Origin: a bacterium
GTDB taxonomy: Bacteria; Patescibacteriota; Andersenbacteria; UBA10190; CAIZMI01
Assembly (NCBI GenBank): GCA_030647555.1
Contig: JAUSJG010000008.1
Span: forward strand, 129,467-193,466
Direction: 5' to 3'
Length of the DNA stretch: 64,000 nucleotides
Positions 55,601 through 64,000 of the stretch are shown here, one piece after another (within the stretch, counting starts at the first letter, position 1; each line of letters opens with the position of its first letter). Position numbers and translations under genes: made by a program. The notes under the pieces are model-generated. The model was given only the letters and a program-made list of their open reading frames with translations, was not told the DNA's origin and did no database searches.

Positions 55601-56008
55601 ATGTTGAATATGAATAAAGAAGAATTAAAACAAATAGTAAAAGAGGCGGTAATAGAGGGAACAAGTCAGTTTGCCACAAAGGATGATTTGCGGAATGAGC
55701 TTGATATTGTAAAAATTGAACTGCGCGAAGAAATGAAAGACATGAAAACTGAACTGCATGAAGAAATGGGCATGATGAAAACGGAACAACTTGAAGTTGC
55801 GAAGGGAATTAAAATGGAACTGCGTTTTGAAATCGGCGAGCTTAGAACGGAGATGGGAGAATACTATAAAGCTCATGATGAAAAAATGGATGAGGTGTTG
55901 CAGAATATGGATGTATTTGTTGGAAGAATTGAGGAGGAGGAACAAGAAAGAAAAATCAGTGATGTTCAAATTGAAAGAAGGGTGGAAAAACTAGAGCAGA
56001 GAGTATAA
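55601..56008 (+). CDS. hypothetical coiled-coil protein (about 135 aa)
   Basis: It has an EL(R/K)xEM heptad-like periodicity. The start was trimmed from the ORF track's 55472, whose N-terminal part overlaps the murC tail. Confidence 0.4.
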   Translation: MLNMNKEELKQIVKEAVIEGTSQFATKDDLRNELDIVKIELREEMKDMKTELHEEMGMMKTEQLEVAKGIKMELRFEIGELRTEMGEYYKAHDEKMDEVLQNMDVFVGRIEEEEQERKISDVQIERRVEKLEQRV

Positions 56009-56027
56009 AGATTGGCGATTTTGACGC

Positions 56028-56900
56028 ATGATCAATATTGAAGAAAACGTAAATCTTTCAAAGTTTTGCACGTGGCACGTTGGTGGACAGGCGCGTTTTT
56101 TGACGCGTGTTGCAACTTTTGAAGATTTGCAAGAAGCATTGGCTTGGGTGCAAGAAAAAAAGCTAGCTTTTTTTGTTCTCGGTGGCGGTTCAAACGTATT
56201 ATTTCCGGACGCCGGCTATAACGGTTTAATCATAAAAATTGAAGGAAGAAATATTTCGTTGAATAGAAGAGAGTTGATTGTTGAGGCGGGCGCAATTGCA
56301 CGGCTGGCAGTACTTAAAGCGGCGGAAAAAAATCTTGGTGGCATTGAACACCTCGCCGGAATTCCTGGGACGATTGGCGGATTGGTGCGTGGCAACGCGG
56401 GGGCGTTTGGCACGGAAACGAAGGATTTTTTGAAGTGGGTGAGAGTGTTGCACAAGACGGATGGTAATTGGAACGAAGAGGTGTTGAGTAAGAGAGATGT
56501 TGATTTTTCATATCGCGATTCCTTATTCAAACGTGAAACGGGCAACTATATTATTTGGGAAGTGGTTTTTGAACTGGTTAAAAAAAATAAGACGGAAATA
56601 CTGGCTTTGGTAGATGCGGATTTGGTGGCGCGAAAAGACAAACAGCCGTACACTTTTCCAAGCGCGGGTTCTGTTTTTAAAAATCCGTCACCCGAGTTGT
56701 CGGCCGGGCGTATCATTGAGGAGTGTGGTTGTAAAGGACTAAGAATTGGTGGGGCGGAAGTGAGCACGCAACACGCCAATTTTATCCTTAATAAGGGTGG
56801 TGCAACATCCGCTGATATTTTTGGGTTGATTACGGAAATCAAAAAGCGTGTTTTTGAACAAAAAGGTGTAAAATTGGTCGAAGAGGTAATAATAATATAA
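56028..56900 (+). CDS. murB: UDP-N-acetylenolpyruvoylglucosamine reductase
   Basis: The FAD-binding motifs LGGGSNVLF and AGIPGTIGG are present. The C-terminus has SAGSVFKNP. Confidence 0.8.
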   Translation: MINIEENVNLSKFCTWHVGGQARFLTRVATFEDLQEALAWVQEKKLAFFVLGGGSNVLFPDAGYNGLIIKIEGRNISLNRRELIVEAGAIARLAVLKAAEKNLGGIEHLAGIPGTIGGLVRGNAGAFGTETKDFLKWVRVLHKTDGNWNEEVLSKRDVDFSYRDSLFKRETGNYIIWEVVFELVKKNKTEILALVDADLVARKDKQPYTFPSAGSVFKNPSPELSAGRIIEECGCKGLRIGGAEVSTQHANFILNKGGATSADIFGLITEIKKRVFEQKGVKLVEEVIII

Positions 56901-57066
56901 TTTAGATTATGCCGGTAAAGAAGCATTACATTCCCTATATTTCATTAATTAGCGGTTTTCTTATTATTTTTCTTGTTGTTGGTCTGACGAGCTATTTTCA
57001 ATGGGAAAACATTCAACAAACAATAAGGAAGGTAACTTGTCAAGAGCGTGTTAATGCGCTATTCTA

Positions 57067-58026
57067 TTGTCAATGAAGTATTCCGTTGTAATTCCCGCGT
57101 ATAACGAAGAAGGCAATATCTCGCAGTTGGTGGCGAAGATTAGTGTGGTAATGAACCAACTATCGCCCGATTGGGAGTTAATTTTTATCGATGACGGTTC
57201 TAAAGACAAAACACTTTCAAGAATGCAGGAAGAGCGAAAAAAAGATAATCGTATAAAAATTATTCGTTTTCGTCGTAATTTTGGTCAATCTGTCGGATGG
57301 CAGGCCGGTTTTGATTATGCGACAGGTGATATTGTGATCACCATGGACGCTGATATGCAAAACGATCCGACGGATATTCCGGCGATGGTAAAAATGGTAG
57401 AAGAAGGGGGTTACGACGTCGTTTCCGGTTGGCGTTCGATGCGACAGGATTCTTTTTACATTAAGTTTTTGAGTAAAATTGGGAATTGGTTAAGACGCAT
57501 CGTGACGGGCGATAAGACGCACGATCACGGTTGCAGTTTGAAGGTTTATAAGAAAGAATGCTTGGACAGCATTGAGTTTTACAGTGATTTGCATCGTCGT
57601 TATATTGCCGCCTTACTTACGTGGAAGGGTTTTAAAGTTGGTGAAATGAAGACAACGCATCACGCGAGAAAATATGGTGTCTCAAAATATTCAGTGCGCA
57701 AGAAGTGGAAGGGATTATTGGATTTATTGGTAGTAAAGTTTTGGATGCAATATTCCACGCGTCCGATCCATTTGTTTGGAACTTTGGGTTTGGCTATTTC
57801 CGGTTCAGGGTTTTTATTGGGTGGTTTTCTTACGGTGCTTTGGTTATTGAGAATGATTTCTCTTCAAAACAGAACATCGCCCCTTTTGGCGGTTTTATTG
57901 GTCGTTATTGGAATTCAGTTTTTGATGACCGGTTTCATTGCCGACACTGTGTCGATGACCTACTACTCAACAAAGCGCGCCTATACCGTGGAGCTTTTGG
58001 AAGGTTTTGAAAAATCTCTTGAATGA
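57067..58026 (+). CDS. GT2 polyprenol-phosphate glycosyltransferase (DPM1/GtrB-like) with C-terminal TM helices
   Basis: YSVVIPAYNEEGNI ... IFIDDGSKD ... TMDADMQNDP, then 2 C-terminal TM helices. Confidence 0.7.
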   Translation: MSMKYSVVIPAYNEEGNISQLVAKISVVMNQLSPDWELIFIDDGSKDKTLSRMQEERKKDNRIKIIRFRRNFGQSVGWQAGFDYATGDIVITMDADMQNDPTDIPAMVKMVEEGGYDVVSGWRSMRQDSFYIKFLSKIGNWLRRIVTGDKTHDHGCSLKVYKKECLDSIEFYSDLHRRYIAALLTWKGFKVGEMKTTHHARKYGVSKYSVRKKWKGLLDLLVVKFWMQYSTRPIHLFGTLGLAISGSGFLLGGFLTVLWLLRMISLQNRTSPLLAVLLVVIGIQFLMTGFIADTVSMTYYSTKRAYTVELLEGFEKSLE

Positions 58027-59207
58027 AATTACTGCTGATTAATAATGAGTTTCCGCCAATTGGTGGTGGCGGGTCGACGGTTGCGAAGTACGCGGTAAAA
58101 TATTTTTCCGAAGCGGGACATGATGTTACGCTGATTACTTCGAGATTCCGCGATTTGCCTATACGGGAAAAGTTTTTGGCGCAAGGCGAGAATGGCGAAA
58201 AAAAGGGTAGTGTGACGATTATTCGCGTTCCGGCGGTGCGCCGTTATAAAGATTTTTGCGCGGCGTGGGAACTGGTAACGTTTGGTGTGTCCGCGTTAGT
58301 TTATTGTTTGTGGTACGTGCCGAAAAATCGGCCGGATGTGATTCATGCGTATTTTGCTTTGCCTTCCGGTTGGGTGGCGCGCATTATTAAAATGATTTAC
58401 GGTACGCCGTATTCCGTTTATTTTGGCGGTTCGGATATGCCGGGGGCGAATCCCAGTCGCTTTAAACAGCTTTATCCTTTTATCACTCTTTTGACGCGCT
58501 GGGTTTGGCGTGGAGCGACAATTTCTACCGTCTGTTCGCGGGGCCTATTGGAATTGGGGCGACAACACGATCCGAAATATGATTTTCGTCTAATTCCAAA
58601 TGGCGTCGAATTATCCCGTTTTGTGCCGATTGAACGCCAGCCGAATCCGAAAGTGAAAATATTATTTATCGGCCGTTTGATAGCGCGCAAGGGTTTCCAA
58701 TATGTTGTGCAAGCTTTGCCACGGATTCAGGCGTTGTGTAATGTGCCGTTCGATGTGGAAGTGGTGGGGACAGGGGCGATGCGTTCGCGTTTGGACGGTT
58801 TAGCGTTAAAACTCGGCGTCAGTCATTTGATTAAATATGTGGGAACGGTGCCGTATGAAAAATTACACGAAAGCTACCAAGGCGCGGATATTTTTGTGTT
58901 GACTTCCGAATCGGAAGGAATGCCGGCGGTGACATTGGAGGCGATGGGTTGCGGTTTGCCGATTGTGACGACCAATATTCCGGGAAACCGGGAAATTGTG
59001 CAGGAAGGCGTGAACGGGTATCTTGTTAATGTCGGTGATACGGAAAAACTGGCGACCTCGCTTTCGAAGCTTATTACTGACGAGCAACTTCGAAAGCAAA
59101 TGGGCACGGCGAGTCGTGCTTCCGTGCAATCGTATGAATGGCGCGAAATTATCAAGCGTTACGAAAATATTTTAACCGAAATTTATCACGACAAAAAAAA
59201 TGGCTAA
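58023..59207 (+). CDS. glycosyltransferase family 4
   Basis: LLLINNEFPPIGGGGSTV ... EGMPAVTLEAMGCGLPIVTTN are GT4 motifs. Confidence 0.7.
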   Translation: MKLLLINNEFPPIGGGGSTVAKYAVKYFSEAGHDVTLITSRFRDLPIREKFLAQGENGEKKGSVTIIRVPAVRRYKDFCAAWELVTFGVSALVYCLWYVPKNRPDVIHAYFALPSGWVARIIKMIYGTPYSVYFGGSDMPGANPSRFKQLYPFITLLTRWVWRGATISTVCSRGLLELGRQHDPKYDFRLIPNGVELSRFVPIERQPNPKVKILFIGRLIARKGFQYVVQALPRIQALCNVPFDVEVVGTGAMRSRLDGLALKLGVSHLIKYVGTVPYEKLHESYQGADIFVLTSESEGMPAVTLEAMGCGLPIVTTNIPGNREIVQEGVNGYLVNVGDTEKLATSLSKLITDEQLRKQMGTASRASVQSYEWREIIKRYENILTEIYHDKKNG

Positions 59208-60225
59208 TGTTGAAATCAAAGAAAATACCAGTTTAAATTTGGAAAAAACTTTTCGCGGAAAAAAAACGCTGATTACCGGCGGGCTAGGTTTTATTGGAAG
59301 CAACATCGCCCAAAAATTGGTGGAACTGGGCGCGGAGGTGACGGTGTTGGACGCGTTATTGCCACTCTATGGTGGCAACGAATTTAATGTCGCTGATATT
59401 AAAGACAAAGTTAAGGTTGTGATTGGTGATATTCGTGATGAGAAGGTGGTCAATGAAGTGGTGGCAGGTCAGGATTATATTTTTAATCTTGCGGCGCAAG
59501 TTAGCTATATTGATAGTATCAATGAACCCTTTCTTGATTTGGATATTAATTGTCTAGGACATTTACGTGTTTTGGAGGCGGCGCGCAAATTCGCTCCGCA
59601 AACGAAAATTCTTTTCTCCTCTTCGCGTTTGGCTTATGGCCGGATTATGACGACTCCCGTCGATGAGAGTCATCCGACAAATCCGGTAAGTATGTATGGC
59701 GTGCATAAGTTGGCGGCGGAAAAATATTATCGCATTTACTTTGAAACATTCGGTTTAAAGTCTTCTGTAATTCGAATTCCAAATCCCTACGGCCCACGTC
59801 AACAGATGAAACATAATAAATATTCTATTGTCGGTTGGTTTATTCGCCAGGCTCTGGAAGGGAAGGATATTACGATCTTTGGCGACGGAAAACAAGAAAG
59901 AGATTATTTGTACATCGATGATATTGTCTCCGCTTTTTTGAAAGTGGCCGCGTCCGATAAAACAAACGGTGAAATTTATAATATCGGTACGCATGAACGT
60001 GTTTGTTTTGTGGATATGGTGGACGCAATATTGGCCGAAATTGCTACGGGTAAGAAAACACATATTCCGTGGCCGAAAAATTATGAGCGCAATGAAACCG
60101 GAAACTATATCGCCGACACACGCAAGATAAAAAGAGCGGTTGGTTGGGAAGCGACAGTGCCGTTAAAGGCGGGCATCACCGAAACGGTAGAATACTTTAA
60201 GCAAAATAAGGAACATTATTGGTAA
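59200..60225 (+). CDS. NAD-dependent sugar-nucleotide epimerase/dehydratase (extended SDR, UDP-hexose 4-epimerase-like)
   Basis: LITGGLGFIGSNIAQKLVELGAEVTVLD is the GxxGxxG motif. The YxxxK active-site pair YGVHKLAAE is present. Confidence 0.75.
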   Translation: MANVEIKENTSLNLEKTFRGKKTLITGGLGFIGSNIAQKLVELGAEVTVLDALLPLYGGNEFNVADIKDKVKVVIGDIRDEKVVNEVVAGQDYIFNLAAQVSYIDSINEPFLDLDINCLGHLRVLEAARKFAPQTKILFSSSRLAYGRIMTTPVDESHPTNPVSMYGVHKLAAEKYYRIYFETFGLKSSVIRIPNPYGPRQQMKHNKYSIVGWFIRQALEGKDITIFGDGKQERDYLYIDDIVSAFLKVAASDKTNGEIYNIGTHERVCFVDMVDAILAEIATGKKTHIPWPKNYERNETGNYIADTRKIKRAVGWEATVPLKAGITETVEYFKQNKEHYW

Positions 60226-60239
60226 AAAACATCCCGCCC

Positions 60240-60300
60240 GCAGGCGAGGCTCGCCCTGAAGGGTGGCCCCCGTCGCTCTGATGAGCTTCCACCCTTCACC
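60240..60300. repeat. GC-rich dispersed repeat copy 3 (GCGAGGCTCGCCCTGAAGGGTGG...CGCTCTGATGAGC)
   Basis: It lies at the left edge of a short GC-rich patch (60.23-60.76 kb). Confidence 0.4.
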
Positions 60301-60763
60301 TCTTTGTTACGGCGTGGCGCTGTGGGGGATTATTGTTCTTTCCGAAGAACAATAAAAAAACCGCATTATTGTTTGGCTGTTTCAAACAATTACGCGGTGT
60401 GATCAATGCTTTGCACTGATCGTTTGTTCCAAGGTGGCTTAAGGCACAAAGAGACATCATCTTTCGCGCGAGAGCCAACAATTCCGGATTCACGCGAATT
60501 GGTCTGCGACTCATCTTGCCAAAAGTCACCCTGATGTGGCGAATGTCCGCGAATGCCTCCCGGGCATTTGGATCCCGCAAACACCCTCTCCACACTCTCT
60601 GTGTGGTATCGCGGTCGAGGCTGATCATGCCTCGATTTTTTCGCGAAAACCACACACCGTATTTCAAAAAGAGCGATATGTATTTTTCTGATTCGAATAT
60701 ACTATACTTATCATTAGATCATTTGTCAACAGGGTTTTTTCATGTTACGTTTGTCAAAGACAA

Positions 60764-63202
60764 ATGAAGATTTGTGATATATTAAAAATTAAGCATCGGA
60801 TGCTCGTGAAAGCGGGCTTATCTTTATTTTTGCTTATACTTGTGGTTGCGGGCGTTGCAAGTTTTATTATCAGGGTTCCTTATGCCACCACTCGCCAAAC
60901 ATTAAGTAATCGTTCGATCGGAGAAATTATCGGGGCAAGGGAAGTGGGTCAAATTTTCAAATCTGATAAAGCAAATCTCACTGCCGTCAGTTTTCAATTT
61001 TCTACCTTCGGTAATCGCAAAAATGACAAAGAAGTTATTTTTGAGTTGCGGCAAAATTTGGAAGACAATGATCCAATCAGAACCGTAAAAATTAACGCCG
61101 GTGTTTTGACGGATCATGGTATGCACGAATTCAAATTCGAGTCTGTTACGGAATCGAGTGGTAAAAAATATTACGCATCCGTTCGCTCACCGGCTTCGGT
61201 AGAAGGCAATGCCATAACAATCGATTACCGTAACGGTGATGTCTATGGTGGCAAAGATAGTTCGTTGGTTGTTTTGCAAGAGGGAAGAGGTGGTGGTAAT
61301 GCATTCTTGAATGCTCAAAAAATGGATCGCGACATAGCATTTGTGGTATATCACAATATAACCGGGCTGGAATTCGTAAAATTAGCGAGCATTCGAGCTG
61401 TTAAGGATTTTATTTTATCGCTTAAAAATCAGCGTGGCGAGTATCTTCGCGCCGGAAAGTTTTTGTTTTTTGCTGTATTGCTGACCGCAATAATTCTTTT
61501 TTATCGCGACAAAGTTGAACAAGCGCTAAACAATAAGAAATATTTTTGGATTTTTATTACCTTGCTTGTATTGGGCGGTGTTAGTTTGAGATTTATGTAT
61601 ATAAACCAAATGCCTTATACAAACGATGAAGGTTTTTATTTGTATGATGCGCGTACGGTTTTGCAGGGAAAATTGCCGGGTGGTGACGCAATTGCCAAGG
61701 CGCCGGTTTTTATTGGAGCATCCGCATTAGTAATGGCTACTTTGGGAAATATTTTAAGTGCCGGTCGTTTAGTCAGTCTCATTTGTGGCGTGCTCACGGT
61801 TTGGCCGTTATTTATTTTGGGTAAACGCATCGGTGGTAAACGCGCCGGGATCATTACGGCCGGTATCTGGTTATTGACCGGTGCTACCGCGTTATTTAAT
61901 TCCTATGGTCACACGCAAAGTATTCAGATGTTATTTAGCGCGCTTGCTTTGGCACTTTTAGTAATCGCGCAAGAGAAGAAAAAAAGGCAGTGGTTTGTTT
62001 TGGCGGGAATCGTTCTTGGAATCAGTATTGTTGCGCGCAAGAGTTCTTTGGCACTTGGCCTGCCAATCATCTTTATTTTATTGATGGATAAAACGACTTG
62101 GAAAAAGCGTCTAATTAATACAATTATTTTTGGGCTCGGCATGTTGGCTGTGCTGGCAACTTTCCTGGGGATAATTTTTGAAATTTACGGAAAGACAGGT
62201 GTTTTATATGCCACGGGGATTAGTTTGGCCAAAGAATCGATTGATCAGCTTGGTGATCGGGGGGATCTGTATGCCACTTATTCGGTAAACGGTATTCTGC
62301 CTTTCTTTCGTGAAGCGATGCCATTAATTTTCTTGGCGTTTGTAATGTTGGGGCAATTTCTGGAACGGCTCCTTGTTCGTGTTAACTGGCTGTTTGCGCG
62401 CTTTGCTTGGATCGTTCCGTTGATTTTAGTGGCAGGCAGCAAGAATTTCCTCGACAATTTTGAGGATAAATCTCGTCTGTCGCCTGGCGTAGGAATTTTC
62501 TGGGCGGTGATGAGTGTAATCATGATTTTGCTGGCAATTTTCCCATTACATAGAAAAGAAAAAGATTCGGCTGAAAATATCAGTTGGCAGTGGTTGCCAT
62601 TAATTTGGTTTGTGGCAATTGCAATTTTCTATGCCGTCTGGATAAAATTTACTGCTAATTACATTGCCGAATTTTTGCCGGCATTGGCCCTAACGGCGGC
62701 GTTCGGAGCAAAGTGGTTGTCGGATAATTTTCATTCACGAAAATTTGCCTTGGTGCTGGTCGCCATCATGCTTGTCTGGGAAAACTATAGTTCAGCGGAA
62801 AATTCTTTCAAATTTAATCATACCGGCACGTTTCACTGGTCAGCCATTTTAGAAGCGGCGGATTATCTGAAGAAAAATGTTCCACAAAATGAGTTGGTGG
62901 AAACCGGCGCCGTGGCGATTCCTTATGTGTCCGGTCACCATGTACCATACGACGTCGCGCATCCAACTTGGTATGCTTATGGGTTTATTGAACCGGAATT
63001 ACGTAACGTCTTTATGGCTTCGTCCGAAAAAATGGTCGACGCTGTTTTACATAATGTAAATTGGTTTGTGTCGGATAAGGTAACTGAATTTTCTTATTTT
63101 CTGGAATATCCAATGATCGAAAAAGGCGTCACAGATAATTATGTGTTGGTAAAAACAATCGAAAACTACTCTAATCCAATCCGCATTTATAAAAGAAAAT
63201 AA
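60764..63202 (+). CDS. GT39/GT83-like (PMT/ArnT-type) membrane glycosyltransferase with an N-terminal extracytoplasmic domain
   Basis: YTNDEGFYLYDARTVLQGKLPGG ... GRLVSLICGVLTVWPLFILGKRIGGKRAGIITAGIWLL is the PMT_2/ArnT signature, followed by more than 10 TM helices. Confidence 0.6.
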   Translation: MKICDILKIKHRMLVKAGLSLFLLILVVAGVASFIIRVPYATTRQTLSNRSIGEIIGAREVGQIFKSDKANLTAVSFQFSTFGNRKNDKEVIFELRQNLEDNDPIRTVKINAGVLTDHGMHEFKFESVTESSGKKYYASVRSPASVEGNAITIDYRNGDVYGGKDSSLVVLQEGRGGGNAFLNAQKMDRDIAFVVYHNITGLEFVKLASIRAVKDFILSLKNQRGEYLRAGKFLFFAVLLTAIILFYRDKVEQALNNKKYFWIFITLLVLGGVSLRFMYINQMPYTNDEGFYLYDARTVLQGKLPGGDAIAKAPVFIGASALVMATLGNILSAGRLVSLICGVLTVWPLFILGKRIGGKRAGIITAGIWLLTGATALFNSYGHTQSIQMLFSALALALLVIAQEKKKRQWFVLAGIVLGISIVARKSSLALGLPIIFILLMDKTTWKKRLINTIIFGLGMLAVLATFLGIIFEIYGKTGVLYATGISLAKESIDQLGDRGDLYATYSVNGILPFFREAMPLIFLAFVMLGQFLERLLVRVNWLFARFAWIVPLILVAGSKNFLDNFEDKSRLSPGVGIFWAVMSVIMILLAIFPLHRKEKDSAENISWQWLPLIWFVAIAIFYAVWIKFTANYIAEFLPALALTAAFGAKWLSDNFHSRKFALVLVAIMLVWENYSSAENSFKFNHTGTFHWSAILEAADYLKKNVPQNELVETGAVAIPYVSGHHVPYDVAHPTWYAYGFIEPELRNVFMASSEKMVDAVLHNVNWFVSDKVTEFSYFLEYPMIEKGVTDNYVLVKTIENYSNPIRIYKRK

Positions 63203-63296
63203 TACCCTCATAAACAAAAAATGTTTTTTGACGTTTTTGATTTTGCGTGTTACTTTCCTGTATGTTTCTTTTCACAACTTTTTTAGGGGGTTTGTT

Positions 63297-64000
63297 ATGA
63301 CAAACAGCAAGTACCTTTCTGAATTATTGATGTCTCCTTATGACAGGTTGATCACTGGGGTCATAATGCAGGGCGGGGGTTATTACAATGCCCACGCGCA
63401 TATTGATCGCGCGGATACGTTGGATGATCGCTATTTGCGCCACATTAACACCACGCCGTTGGAGGCAAGTAATCGGCCGTTACCGGTAAAGCAAAATTTG
63501 GTCGGTGATTTGCACCGCGGTTGCGCGTACACAGAAGAAGATCTGCGTGAACGGATGTCGCAGGTTTTGGATCGATTAATCGCGTGGGGAACCACACGAT
63601 TGGATACGTGTATCGACGCGACGAGCGGTATTGGTGAAAACGGTTTGCTGGCCATTCGCGTTGCCAACGAATTGCGAGAAAAATATGCGGATTCGCTTGT
63701 AATGCGAATCGCGCCTAATCCCATCTTTGGTTTAAAAGTAGGAACTATGCGTTGGGAGATTTTTGAAGAAGCGGCGCGAAATCACGCTCAATATCTTTCG
63801 GCATTGCCGGAGAAGGACGCTTACGATAGCGAGACAACACGAGACGGTAAACAAGGTTTTGATCGGCATATTTGGATGATGCTTGAACTCGCTTGCGAGA
63901 TAGGAAAAGAAATCCATTTCCACGTGGATCAAGCGAACGATCCGTCGGAACATGGAACAGAAACGGTTTTGGATGGTCTGCACTGGTTTTTGCAGAATCA
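63297..64000 (+). CDS. amidohydrolase-superfamily metal-dependent hydrolase (cytosine-deaminase-like), 3' end off the window
   Basis: This ORF is not in the supplied track because it runs off the end. It is open from the ATG at 63297 to 64000. The His motifs YYNAHAHIDR and IHFHVDQAND are present. Confidence 0.5.
   Translation, partial: MTNSKYLSELLMSPYDRLITGVIMQGGGYYNAHAHIDRADTLDDRYLRHINTTPLEASNRPLPVKQNLVGDLHRGCAYTEEDLRERMSQVLDRLIAWGTTRLDTCIDATSGIGENGLLAIRVANELREKYADSLVMRIAPNPIFGLKVGTMRWEIFEEAARNHAQYLSALPEKDAYDSETTRDGKQGFDRHIWMMLELACEIGKEIHFHVDQANDPSEHGTETVLDGLHWFLQN

Noticed and set aside
53985-60275. Hammerhead-ribozyme core (CUGAUGAG) inside the GC-rich repeats at 53985 (minus strand) and 60262
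   Set aside because: An 8-mer match is expected by chance in 128 kb of two-strand sequence. No appropriately spaced GAAA or three-stem arrangement could be built.
60296-60667. 123-aa minus-strand ORF and an overlapping 83-aa plus-strand ORF in the small GC-rich patch
   Set aside because: They overlap each other, have no motif and no RBS. The patch looks like non-coding GC-rich repeat DNA, and I could not support either frame.

Overview
Most of this window is a low-GC (about 40-48%) bacterial chromosome segment. Its gene content fits a Candidate Phyla Radiation-like or other small-genome Gram-positive-type organism. The host segment carries a large cell-envelope glycan locus: at least 12 GT2/GT4 glycosyltransferases, two Wzx-type flippases, an O-antigen-ligase-like protein and GT39-like mannosyltransferases. 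Division/cell-wall (dcw) genes are interspersed with it (mraY, ftsW, murG, murC, murB, a DD-carboxypeptidase and a SpoIID homologue), and there are also ScpA/ScpB, a TrmB regulator, a SIMPL protein and a pair of DUF4430 proteins. A RhuM-Doc fusion is cut off at the left edge. Three GC-rich patches (about 55-62% GC) interrupt this background: 17.5-21.1 kb, 42.3-53.7 kb and 60.23-60.76 kb. The 42.3-53.7 kb patch is a compact plus-strand gene array and is the strongest candidate for a novel system. It encodes a MoxR-like AAA+ ATPase with an unusual Walker A, a VWA/MIDAS protein, and four tandem paralogues of a small nucleoside-kinase-like P-loop domain (two with intact GxxxxGKS, two degenerate). 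It also encodes a 653-aa zinc-ribbon protein with a TRAM-like N-terminus, a secreted protein and a small 2-TM protein. The genes are separated by duplicated regulatory cassettes: an identical approximately 62-bp inverted-repeat element, an identical 5'UTR and identical terminator hairpins. The 17.5-19.9 kb patch has no credible ORFs but carries near-consensus sigma70 promoters, strong intrinsic terminators and long perfect palindromes, so it may specify one or more structured ncRNAs. The host DNA also carries several families of short dispersed repeats, three of which are inserted in-frame inside CDSs (a GT2, murC and a large membrane protein), in the manner of Rickettsia palindromic elements. 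All calls are from reading the sequence by eye. No database searches were run.
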